Of a stretch of DNA of 64,000 nt, positions 52,505-62,045 are shown one piece after another (positions within the stretch are counted from its first letter, which is position 1; the number at the start of each line of letters is the position of its first letter). Source of the stretch: Paramoeba atlantica (lineage: Eukaryota > Protista > Discosea); the NCBI GenBank assembly GCA_977017575.1, contig CDRNVI010000029.1:372001-436000 (forward strand), given 5' to 3'. A model generated the notes under the pieces. The model searched no databases. It had not been told where the DNA came from and worked only from the letters and a program-made list of their open reading frames with translations. The position numbers and the translations under genes are program-made.

Positions 52505-53146
52505 ATGCCAGCCAGCCCCTCCAGTACCTCCCTGGGGCTCCCCAACGAGTCCTACACCCTTGCTGACCTCTACACCTGGCTCTCCCCCAACAGTGCGTGC
52601 TCCTTCCTGTTTCGTGGGCATGACCTCTCCACCCTGGGGCTTAACCTCGCGAGCTCCGAGAGCCTCTGCGGCACCTTCTCCTCCCCCTGGTCCGACACCT
52701 CCCCCCCGGCGGTGCAGCCCGAGTTCCGCATACCCTCGTGTTACCTTATGAACCCCCCGCACCTGCGGTTCCCCATGTTCCAGGGGTTCTCGCTAAAAAC
52801 GCTGTTTTACATTTTCTACAGCATGCCGCGGGACGTGCTGCAGCTCGCGGCGGCCCAGGAGCTCTACAACCGCGGGTGGCGCTACCACAAGCGAAGACGC
52901 CTGTGGGTCGCGGACGGGGCCTGGGCGGAGGGCTCGAAGGGTTCCCCCCCGAGCGCGAAGAGCACGTCCTACCAGGGGTTTATCCCCGAGCGGTGGGAGG
53001 TGGAGGTGTGGGAGAGTGTAGCGGGGGAGCTCGAGGCGTTGGAGGATCACGCCCCGATCGGTTCGCAGGGAGGGAAAGGGGTGAGGGAGGGCTCGTCGAG
53101 AACTTCGCCTTCGGTACGTCATAGCAAAACGCGACCCATGGGGTAG
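52505..53146 (+). CDS. NOT2: CCR4-NOT subunit NOT2
   Basis: GHDLSTLGLNL, FSSPW, PEFRIPSCY, TLFYIFYSMPRDVLQLAAAQELYNRGWRYHK. Confidence 0.9.
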   Translation: MPASPSSTSLGLPNESYTLADLYTWLSPNSACSFLFRGHDLSTLGLNLASSESLCGTFSSPWSDTSPPAVQPEFRIPSCYLMNPPHLRFPMFQGFSLKTLFYIFYSMPRDVLQLAAAQELYNRGWRYHKRRRLWVADGAWAEGSKGSPPSAKSTSYQGFIPERWEVEVWESVAGELEALEDHAPIGSQGGKGVREGSSRTSPSVRHSKTRPMG

Positions 53147-53472
53147 GGTGGGGGAAAGGCGTAAGGGGGTGGAGAATGGGAAATCACAAAGGGAGGGTTA
53201 TTGCGGGTTCTGTAGTGGATGTGTGATCTTAAAATTTTAGTTGTATATCTTCCATCAATATTCTCTTATAGATTGTATAGGCGAAGGGTTTGGCGTACAC
53301 TGATGCTGAGATTAGAAGAACATAATAAGCTTTACGAGTTGATATCTGTACTTCCTTACGCTTATTATTGATAGCAATGGCTTCAGCTCTGTTCCCCGGG
53401 ATTGTGTCCAGCGGCACGGGGCACAGCATATACAAACTCTTTTTAGGACACAAGAAGAGTATCGAACAGAGC

Positions 53473-54804
53473 ATGATTCGTAACTTACAGTCACTTTACC
53501 CCTGGATTGCTAGTAGGCGTAAAGTTAGGGAGGAGAATAGAGAATACTACGAATTGGAACTTGGTGCATCATGCGATGCTGAGATTGTACTACGTTGGTC
53601 GCAAACGTACTATGCGCGGCGAAAACTTTTCGATCATCTCATGGAATATTCGAATGATTACGTAAAACAGCGCATTGCCAAGGAAGGAAATCTTCTAGAT
53701 TCATCCTTTCTTCCAATTTTGAAAACTATTCGTGATGAACTCGATAAGGAACGTCTGCCCTATGAAAGAAGGAGAATGCTACATGCGCTTCGCACGGCGC
53801 AGGTTCCCATGCGTCGCGAATTGAACGCCTCACACGCTGAGCTCACGAACCATCATATGCTAATAGCGCGTCGTTACGTGGAGGAAGATACATTGAAGAA
53901 CCGTTTCGGATTGATTGGTGTTAATTTGGAGCAAAAAATTAAAACCTACTTTCGACGTGATCAGGTACAAAATACATTGAAACGGTACATGAATATGCTA
54001 CTTCCTGAGGAGGGAGCGGAATGTACCGTGCGCGAAGAAAAGACATTGGAAAAGATTGTGACACCAGAATATCAGCGATTCGGGTATATCCCCCAATATC
54101 GCCCTCTTGACATTCAATTTCTGTTCAAACACAGAGTTTTAAATTTCATGCGATGTACCGAAATTGTAACTCCCCGTGTTGGCGAAAAATCGCTAGAAAA
54201 AAGTAGCGAGTCGTTACCCGATGTGGCGGCATGTGACCAGGTATCGGTCTCCACTTTAAATGATAGATACCGTGCCTATGTATATGGCAACGTATTTGCC
54301 AAAATAGCCCTTCACCCTGGCCGACTTCTGAGAGATGCTTCTCCGTGGTACGACAGCTTTGATACGGGAAACAATAACGTGGCACGTGCTGACCTACGGG
54401 ATCCGGATTTATCAACTCTCTGTATTGCTGCAGAAGCCATGACGAATATTTTGCCAGGATCTCTGCTGGTCCCTTACCTATGTCTGGCGTCTCCCGCACA
54501 GAGTGTGTCTTGGATGACGGACGCTTTTGCCGTACCACTTCCTCGAGTACTCCCTTTTATTGGGAATGCACTCGCGTTAGATTTATTCTCAAGGCTCAAT
54601 GTCGAAGGAGCCTGGAGAAAACTACGTATTAGCCCAGAAAGTGATCTGGAAGACCCCGACGCACTGCAGAAAATCCGAGCTCTGATTTTGAGCCTTAATA
54701 CTGTTAATGCGGCTAGCGCTTCCGCTTCAGCTGTTGAAAATGTAAAGGAACTGTACGGTTCACTATCTGCTGAAGAGAAGAACTGGATGAGTTCTCACAG
54801 ATAG
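53473..54804 (+). CDS. Hypothetical protein, possibly mitochondrial
   Basis: Long ORF; probable start MIRNLQSLYPW at 53473; no family recognised with confidence. Confidence 0.65.
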   Translation: MIRNLQSLYPWIASRRKVREENREYYELELGASCDAEIVLRWSQTYYARRKLFDHLMEYSNDYVKQRIAKEGNLLDSSFLPILKTIRDELDKERLPYERRRMLHALRTAQVPMRRELNASHAELTNHHMLIARRYVEEDTLKNRFGLIGVNLEQKIKTYFRRDQVQNTLKRYMNMLLPEEGAECTVREEKTLEKIVTPEYQRFGYIPQYRPLDIQFLFKHRVLNFMRCTEIVTPRVGEKSLEKSSESLPDVAACDQVSVSTLNDRYRAYVYGNVFAKIALHPGRLLRDASPWYDSFDTGNNNVARADLRDPDLSTLCIAAEAMTNILPGSLLVPYLCLASPAQSVSWMTDAFAVPLPRVLPFIGNALALDLFSRLNVEGAWRKLRISPESDLEDPDALQKIRALILSLNTVNAASASASAVENVKELYGSLSAEEKNWMSSHR

Positions 54805-55124
54805 CGGACAAAATAGTAAATTTGTCTGGTATGGGAGGCCACTTTTATTGTTGTAGTCTAGATTTCGCGCAATTTCAAGACACATGTTTGTAAAAGAAAG
54901 AATTACTGATTATCAGGGTCGTTTGTTACGTGGAACATACAAGTCGGAACATAAAAGTGGAACATACAAGTGTATTGGTGTTAATTGAACATATTATTTT
55001 TACTTACGATACCTGTCACTTGTTACGAAAATAAAAGTCACGTGTAGTCAGAGATGCCGGTCAACGCGAAACGATCCGCCTTATTCCTTATTTATTTCAC
55101 ATTCAGTTTTCTTACCCTTAGTTT

Positions 55125-55574
55125 ATGAACGGGCCTGAATCTGAAGCACACGAACCAAACGAGATTTCTTGGACCGAGAAAGTTCCAATTTATGGTAGAT
55201 ACAAAACAGAGCAACGTCTCGCATCCAAGTATACCTACGTTGCGCAATCCCTTCAAAAGGACGAATTCTATCTTCGAGGATGTACAATGAATCCTCGCTT
55301 GTCCGAGTATCCCCAATGCAAAGACATTATTAGAGATTACTGGAGATGCCGTGACGAGCATCCGGTATTGTCGTTTCTCAACATATGTTATCCCTTTAAG
55401 GAAGAGCTTTCAGGATGTCTTAATCTGGAATTTCTTAGACGTCAAGAGAAAGTTCGTCGCAAACTGCCGAAAAATCGGAGGAAAAGTCTTCAGCAGACGA
55501 AAGAACATTTCGAGAAGTCAGTGGAAACGAAGAAAATACAAATTAAAGAAATGAACGAAAAATTCATTGACTGA
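55125..55574 (+). CDS. Cmc1/Cmc2-family twin CX9C COX assembly protein
   Basis: PRLSEYPQCKDIIRDYWRCRDEHP...ICYPFKEELSGCL..E. Confidence 0.75.
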   Translation: MNGPESEAHEPNEISWTEKVPIYGRYKTEQRLASKYTYVAQSLQKDEFYLRGCTMNPRLSEYPQCKDIIRDYWRCRDEHPVLSFLNICYPFKEELSGCLNLEFLRRQEKVRRKLPKNRRKSLQQTKEHFEKSVETKKIQIKEMNEKFID

Positions 55575-55764
55575 AAATATTTGATGAGTGGTAGCGCGCC
55601 GTGTCGTCTCATATTGATGCGACTTGCAATAATCATGTGGACTTCGGACAAGCGCGGCAATCTTGCCAACGTATAAAAGATCAGGAAGGAAATGTGAAAC
55701 TTATCCTGTGTGCAGTGCGAAATGTATGGATTAGGTTAAGGGTACGATTCTTTATTGCCGTATA

Positions 55765-56014
55765 CCCCCCCCAGTAAGAGACCCCCCTGGATATGGCTCG
55801 GGAGTCGCACAGGCGGCGTATAGGGAGTAGGGGGTGGGTGCCCGCATGTCTGGGGCCTTGGGGGTAACCCAAACGAGCATTTTAACACTTTTTCAGAAGA
55901 ACAAGTAGAACCGTTTCTCAAAAAAGGTTGGGAAAACTGGCCAAAAAATCATACCCCCCAGTAAGGGAGTTTCAAATATTTTCACCAAAAACCCATTTCT
56001 CTTACTGGGGGGGG
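55765..56014. mobile_element. 250-bp MITE with TA-type flanks
   Basis: Perfect TIR CCCCCCCCAGTAAGAGA / TCTCTTACTGGGGGGGG, flanked by CGTATA and TATACG; third partial TIR copy at about 55951-55966. Confidence 0.8.
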
Positions 56015-56192
56015 TATACGATAGATTAGGGATACGATTAGATTATGGTACCATGCTAAGATACAGATCGGTTAAAGATATGTTTCTTGGACAATTCTAA
56101 TAGTAGATTTGTGTAGGTTTCAGTTAGACAATTGTGTAGATTTTCGCTACGAGAAATTCACTTTCATTAGACTTTTAGTATAATTCAGAAAT

Positions 56193-57086
56193 ATGTCAGG
56201 GAAACTCCGCTTGTATAAGGACAAGTTGGACGGGTACAAGCGCTTCTACTCTATTGTAAAAACCATAAAGATGGTTACGCTTGCAAAGTTTCGTCAAGCA
56301 ATGGGTCGTGTAAAAACAAGAGATGCGAATTTGCGATACACAGAAAAGTGTTTTGCAGCTATAAAAGGTCAGAACACCTCAGCCGAAGAGACTAATCAAT
56401 TAATTGTTCCGATCACAACGAATCGTGGCTCTTGTGGCCCGTTGAATAGCAACATCTATAAACATATAGATGGGGCTATCCGGCCAAAATCCAAGCTTAT
56501 GGCAGTTGGTAAAAAGGGTAACGATTCCCTGTCTCGTTTATTTCCTACGGAGTATACCTATGCGATTATCAATGATATGAAACAGGCTGTTCATTTCGGA
56601 TTCGCGTCCTACATTTATGAAAATATGAAAACAGTTCCGAAGCTCAATGAAGTTCATGTTGTCTTTAATCGCTTTATATCGGCAGGTGTACAACGACAAT
56701 CGGTTTATACTATACCAGATTTTGGCACCTGGATTGCGAAGCTTACGTTAGCTGGATGTGGTGAATCAAATAAAGCGAACTATCAGTTTACCAATGCTGT
56801 ATTGAATCTGGATGAATCGGTGGCCAAAGACTTTTACGATTTTCATGCTAGCATGTGTATTTTGAATGCTGTTTCAGAAAATGAGCACTCTGAGTACGCA
56901 GCTCGCTTGCTTGCTGTGGAATCTCAGATGACGAACATTGCGCAACTGCAAGAACGAACTCGATATCTTTATAATAAAACGCGACAAGGGAGTATTACTG
57001 CAGCTCTGATTGAATTGCTTAGTGCAATGTCCGCGATGTCTGACTCAGTCAGGCCTATTAATACCAGAGCTCGTTTCTGGGAGTAA
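56193..57086 (+). CDS. ATP3: Mitochondrial F1-ATP synthase gamma subunit (kinetoplastid type)
   Basis: MSGKLRLYKDKLDGYKRFYSIVKTIKMVTLAK, ITTNRGSCG, EYAARLLAVE, LYNKTRQGSITAALIE. Confidence 0.95.
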   Translation: MSGKLRLYKDKLDGYKRFYSIVKTIKMVTLAKFRQAMGRVKTRDANLRYTEKCFAAIKGQNTSAEETNQLIVPITTNRGSCGPLNSNIYKHIDGAIRPKSKLMAVGKKGNDSLSRLFPTEYTYAIINDMKQAVHFGFASYIYENMKTVPKLNEVHVVFNRFISAGVQRQSVYTIPDFGTWIAKLTLAGCGESNKANYQFTNAVLNLDESVAKDFYDFHASMCILNAVSENEHSEYAARLLAVESQMTNIAQLQERTRYLYNKTRQGSITAALIELLSAMSAMSDSVRPINTRARFWE

Positions 57087-57682
57087 GCAGCCGATAGGAT
57101 GGACTTTTTAAGTATCTGTGCCAGCACGTCGTAAAATCAAGCGTCATAATATCTTCAGGTTATAAAAGATATTATTCACATAGAAAATCCTAATACGTTG
57201 GTAAAATACATCAATATATACCTTATATTGGTTCCTACTACTTTTTTCATGCAGTTTAAGTAATAAAAAGCCTTTCCAGTTCTTCAGAAAGCTGTTACGG
57301 TAATCTTATCCCTCATCACAAACATTTTTGTGAACATGATTTTTTCCGAAATTCTTGTTTTCTGCATAAAACTGCCTCAGATCGATATTAAAACTGTTTG
57401 ATACTTGATACGTGGATTATAGACGTAAGAATTGTACCGCATTATGGTGCAACTTCATTTTGAGGGTTTACAGCAAATCTCATTCAATGTTTTGGCCGCA
57501 GTTCGTGTATGCACGGGCATGCGTGTCTATTACATAGCATGTATCTGAAATACATGCTCTATATAGTGCACTTTAGTATATGTACTTATATAAATCATTT
57601 TACAAACAAGAACAACTTGCTAACACGTTTGCCCCCTGTTATTTTTAAACAATATAGATTCATGTAACTACGGACTCAAATT

Positions 57683-60103
57683 ATGGGATGCTCATGTTCC
57701 AAACAAAACCGTAAAAAATATCATTCCATTCACCTATCGAAACAGATATCAGGACAGGTTCGACACGATATAGAAAGCTTCGTACGAAGATATGAACTAG
57801 GCGACCTTCCCGTCGTCTTTCGAGATGTTATAGGAACCTTTCTCCAGGGGGGACGAGCCAATGAATGTACTAACATAGAACAGCAAATTGAATTTGACGA
57901 AGAGCAGTACGCGAAATGCGTGCTTGCTAGTTTTTCGAAGGCCTTACAGGACTTGACAGACGTACAATTGTTGCCGCTCATTACTAAAATTGTGACAGAG
58001 CTGTGGGAGCAATCTAAAAGAAACACAGGAACGGGAATGCCAACTTTGGCTTTTGAGCACGAGGACGCTGATTCGTTTACCGTACGTGAACTTCATTTCT
58101 GGATATCTCCCAAAGTTCAATTTCGAAGACCAAAATCTGATGTACTAAGGATTTTACGGCGCGCTAACTCCAAGAACGATGAGTTTGATGCTGTTCATTT
58201 GGGTTCTACTGTAACGTTCAACCAATTCCATCAATTGTACACCAAACTTTTTCATCGACCAGAATTGGATGCGATTTTTTGCACTTTTGCTCGAAGGCAT
58301 GTCATGACATTCACGGAACTTCAAACGTTTTTAGTAAAAATGCAAAATGAAACAGAAAATGTTGCAAAAGACAAGGCAAAAAAAATTCTACGAGTTACAG
58401 GTCCTCTGACGAAGTATGCTTTCGCTGAATATTTTGGTTCGATCACTACGAATCCGTGCCAATGGCATGAGCCCATTCTTAGCGATGTTGATGTTCGTTG
58501 GGATGAGCACCCTCTTCATCATTATTACATTTCCACTTCGTTCCATACGTTTCTTACCGGAGATCAAATTCATAGTGAAGTCTCGTTGGACATGTACCGA
58601 TATGTGCTTTTAGAGGGCTGCCGCTGCATCGAACTTGAGATATGGGACGGACCCATGGGTCATCCTGTCGTGTACCATGGAGGGAACATGAATTCCACTC
58701 TCGCCGTACGTCGCGTGCTAGAAGTAATTCGCCAACACGCTTTTGTATCTTCAAGTTACCCTATTATTCTGTCATTCGACGTATATAACGCATCGGAGGA
58801 GCAACAAAGAATGCTTGCGTATCATCTCCAAAGAATATTTTCCAAGAGTCTTACACTTGGAATGATGTTTAATTCCGGACATCACCCGGAGCGTTCTCTG
58901 GCAACTCTTCGGCAACTGCAGAAAAAAGTATTGGTTAAATGCAAACAACTTCCAATCAAACCTTTTGTGGGGATTCGGGTTGCGAATATGCGGCGCCTCA
59001 ATCAGGGCGTAAAGGTCACGGAAGTTAAACTAGAGAGCGCGGCTTGCTCTGCCGGTCTTCAATCTAATGACTGGATCACTCATGTCAATGGTGAACCAAT
59101 TAAAAATGTTCAAGATTTCAAATCCAAAATTGAATTCCTTCGTGTAGGCGATAATCTTACGCTGCGTTGCGAGAATCTCAGTGACATTTCGTTTGTACTT
59201 GGTGGCGTTGATGATGTAGCCCAAGGCGTAGACGCTAGTGATGACGATATTTGCGACGAAGCTCGTGTTCTGCGTAAACAAAATCAAAAGACTTCTTTGG
59301 AGACCGTTGCTGCCGAATTATCCCACCTAGTATTTCTTACCGCAGCTCGCCGTAAATCGTACAATTGCAATCAAACGAAACCGTGGGAAGTGGTTGCAAT
59401 TTCCGAAACACGTGCCATTGAGGATGCTGAAATATTGCGCAATCAAATGATTGCACATAATGCAAGACGTTTTTGTCGCGTATACCCGTCTACATTCCGA
59501 GTTGATTCCAGCAATATGAATCCGATAAATTTTTGGGCGATCGGATCTCAAATGGTGGCTCTAAATTGGCAAACGAAGTGTGAATTTATGCGTCTCTACA
59601 AAGCCAAGTTCTACTTTGAAGGCCATAGCTCGGGCTTCGTTTTGAAACCCTCGCATCTTCGTCCATCCGACAAACTTCCCTCAGCACATGAACGATGTAA
59701 GGCGTCCGATTTTTGCATTCGAATCTTAGCAACCCACTGTTTACAGCTTACCATGCGTTCTACTGACCAAGAACCAGTTGCTCGAATCGTTGTCTTTATA
59801 AGAGGCACTGCGGAGGACGACACTTCTCACTTGCCTCAAGTCGCACACCACGGAAAATCTTCTTCGTGGAATACCGAGGTTGCAAGCTCGTTTCAATTTT
59901 CTGTCTCTGATCCTGCTTTATCATTCCTAGTAATCCGTATATTTGAGGATATTTCCGGCGATACGATTCTTGGGGAATGTATTTTGCCTGTATCGTGCAT
60001 CAGGTTAGGTATACGTGTGCTTCCAATGTGGGATGAAGAAGGCACTCTTATGGATCACGATACTACCTTGTTGTGTCTTTTTTCAAAATACAGAGCGGTC
60101 TAA
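57683..60103 (+). CDS. PI-PLC-like protein with N-terminal acylation motif and PDZ domain in the X-Y linker
   Basis: MGCSCS; X box (GCRCIELEIWDG, VVYHG, YPIILS); PDZ (FVGIRV...GVKVTEV...AGLQSNDWITHVNG); Y box (RVYP..FRVDSSN, QMVALNWQ); C2 region. Confidence 0.9.
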   Translation: MGCSCSKQNRKKYHSIHLSKQISGQVRHDIESFVRRYELGDLPVVFRDVIGTFLQGGRANECTNIEQQIEFDEEQYAKCVLASFSKALQDLTDVQLLPLITKIVTELWEQSKRNTGTGMPTLAFEHEDADSFTVRELHFWISPKVQFRRPKSDVLRILRRANSKNDEFDAVHLGSTVTFNQFHQLYTKLFHRPELDAIFCTFARRHVMTFTELQTFLVKMQNETENVAKDKAKKILRVTGPLTKYAFAEYFGSITTNPCQWHEPILSDVDVRWDEHPLHHYYISTSFHTFLTGDQIHSEVSLDMYRYVLLEGCRCIELEIWDGPMGHPVVYHGGNMNSTLAVRRVLEVIRQHAFVSSSYPIILSFDVYNASEEQQRMLAYHLQRIFSKSLTLGMMFNSGHHPERSLATLRQLQKKVLVKCKQLPIKPFVGIRVANMRRLNQGVKVTEVKLESAACSAGLQSNDWITHVNGEPIKNVQDFKSKIEFLRVGDNLTLRCENLSDISFVLGGVDDVAQGVDASDDDICDEARVLRKQNQKTSLETVAAELSHLVFLTAARRKSYNCNQTKPWEVVAISETRAIEDAEILRNQMIAHNARRFCRVYPSTFRVDSSNMNPINFWAIGSQMVALNWQTKCEFMRLYKAKFYFEGHSSGFVLKPSHLRPSDKLPSAHERCKASDFCIRILATHCLQLTMRSTDQEPVARIVVFIRGTAEDDTSHLPQVAHHGKSSSWNTEVASSFQFSVSDPALSFLVIRIFEDISGDTILGECILPVSCIRLGIRVLPMWDEEGTLMDHDTTLLCLFSKYRAV

Positions 60104-60682
60104 AGAAGAGTAACTCTAACTCCATCACATGGATTCGCAGTAAAATTTATTTAACAGGGCTTAACTATTATTTGAAATGAGCTTTTATGCCTAAAATCAA
60201 TCTTTCTTTGAGCCAGCCAATAAAATTCTCTTTGGAATACTATTGAAATTTCAATAGTATTTGGATTGGCCCTTACTGTAGAAAATGGTTGGCCCTTACT
60301 GCAGCAATATAGAGAATACATTGTTGTATTCTGTATACATTGTTGTATATTGCGGTGGTTGTAACTACCACTCTACCCTCGATTATTGAAAAAAGTGGGC
60401 AAAAACAGTGGAAGCACACATGGGCATTCACGTGTACAGAGAATACTCGTGTATGAAGAGGAACACAGTACACTCCCGCTAATACATTTTTATAAATATA
60501 GATTATAAAACTTTTGCATTTATTTGTATTTATAGTACGAATGTATACAAATTATTTTGCGGTGTTACCGGTTGATGTCACCACTATCACCTACTTTTCC
60601 CGACGATGGTGAAAGCATCATCACTCCCAATACTCTAGGAATGTCGCTTTCGACCACTTTCATAAAAAAAGGTATACAACAT

Positions 60683-60740
60683 ACCCTGACAGTTAATTAA
60701 TTAATTAACCATTAATTAACCAGTTAATTAATGGTTGACC
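60683..60740. repeat. TTAA-repeat tract with 14-bp hairpin
   Basis: AACCATTAATTAAC-CA-GTTAATTAATGGTT at 60707-60736, preceded by (TTAA)n and TA|CCCTG. Confidence 0.6.
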
Positions 60741-60868
60741 ACTTACAACAAAAACATTTCGAATTATAGCTGAATTTTGTATTCAGCTATTGAGTAAATA
60801 ACACCGTTGCATTGGTAATGTGTCCTAGTAGTGTACGTATGAGTGTCACGTTACAGGTCCTCTAGGGT

Positions 60869-60995
60869 CGTTATCTTGTCGGAAGATAACCTTTGGGGGA
60901 TCTAGACCCATAGTTTCGATGGAGGGGGAAGGATTCTCTTCAAGAATCTCGACGTACTGATCGGCATTCAGGTTCGACGCTCCAAAAGTCGAGAT
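60869..60995 (-). mobile_element. Short Tc1-like transposase fragment
   Basis: NLNADQYVEILEEN...KVIFRQDNDP. Confidence 0.75.
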
Positions 60996-60999
60996 CCTC

Positions 61000-61420
61000 G
61001 CACGGAAATTTTGTCTGATACAAGTAAAATACAAGGTGATCTCCTTCCTTGAGACATTGAAGGGGATCAGCAGACAATGTGCCTTGCCCCTTCTGAGACT
61101 CTGCGGAAGCCCCAGATGGAACTTCATTGTGAGGACGCACGAGCCTCCTGTAACCAAAAGGGCCAACGACCAGGTGGATAAGGGCGTCATGGCATGTGCC
61201 GAGGTCCTGCTCGGGGGCATGGGTTCCTTGGGGAAAACGCCGTTTACTAATAACCTCTTTACGGCAGATTTCCTAGGGACCATCCCCTTCGTGCACAAGG
61301 CTCAGGACATGCAGGTGAAGGCGAAAAGCGCACGTCAAGGCATACCACCTGGCATTTCTGTCAAAGATCTGCGTCGCAACCTTTGTGCGGCAGCCCTGGG
61401 GAACGCCCCGACGGCAACCC
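61000..61420 (+). mobile_element. Fragment of a CRE/SLACS-like non-LTR element (post-RT region)
   Basis: RQCALPLLRLCGSPRWNFIVRTHEP...DQVDKGV resembles the CRE-clade Q.A..LLR.C..PR..Y..RT.PP block. Confidence 0.5.
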
Positions 61421-61980
61421 AATTGGTCTGCATGCGTCAGATCCAGAAAGTGCACTCCACCAAACCACTTCCCGGAAAGCCGGATGTTTACGTGTGTACT
61501 TTCCGTGGGGCCGACGAACCGATTCGTTGTCGTGCTACAATTAGTAAGTTCATGTCATACCTTACTACACGCTCCAAGGTCACACTTTGGTGTTGATTTG
61601 GACTGACATGGCAGATAACATGACCACGGGACAGATCGCTCGAAACCGTGGCGTTCCGCAGAAAACTGTTTCTCGACTTCTACACCACTTGGGGGAAGCG
61701 GCAATTTACTGTGAAGAGAACACGACGTACAATTTTTTCCGAGTTCAGGTCGATGAAACTTTCATTGGAAAACGTAAGTGGATGAGTGCCCTGCCGAACA
61801 TGCCGGAGTACTACATGCGGGACCCGCAGTGGGAGACTGCGGCCCGCCTCCGGTACATGGTCGCCCCGACCTCGGAACCTGAGCTCCAGTACGTGTGCGG
61901 TACAACCATCAGCAATGGGGAGTTTCCAGCTGGGACGGAAGATCGTCCTGATTGACGTCACATCTGTGAACAGGAGGTGC
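61421..61980 (+). mobile_element. Merlin/IS1595-like transposase fragment
   Basis: HTH-like TTGQIARNRGVPQKTVSRLLHHL followed by VQVDETFIGKRK; frameshifted and interrupted. Confidence 0.75.
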
Positions 61981-62045
61981 GGGCGCAGTTGGTAGACGGT
62001 GGGCCTTACAACCTGCAAGTTGTTGGTTCGATTCCCGCTATAGAC
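61981..62045 (+). pseudogene. tRNA-like (Val-TAC-type) fragment with Pol III box A and box B
   Basis: GGGCGCAGTTGGTAGA (box A/D loop), CTTACAA loop, GGTTCGATTCC (box B, 62025-62035); acceptor stem does not close. Confidence 0.55.

Noticed and set aside
54931-54972. 3 x 14-bp repeat GGAACATA(C/A)AAGT
   Set aside because: Short local slippage repeat in a 3' UTR; no wider structure.
56940-57040. ATP synthase gamma mutations that permit kDNA loss
   Set aside because: Residues equivalent to T. brucei L262, A273, A281 and M282 (numbering from memory) appear unchanged in YLYNKTRQGSITAALIELLSAM.
60267-60301. 13-bp direct repeat TTGGCCCTTACTG as a TSD
   Set aside because: Copies are only ~9 bp apart with nothing inserted between them.
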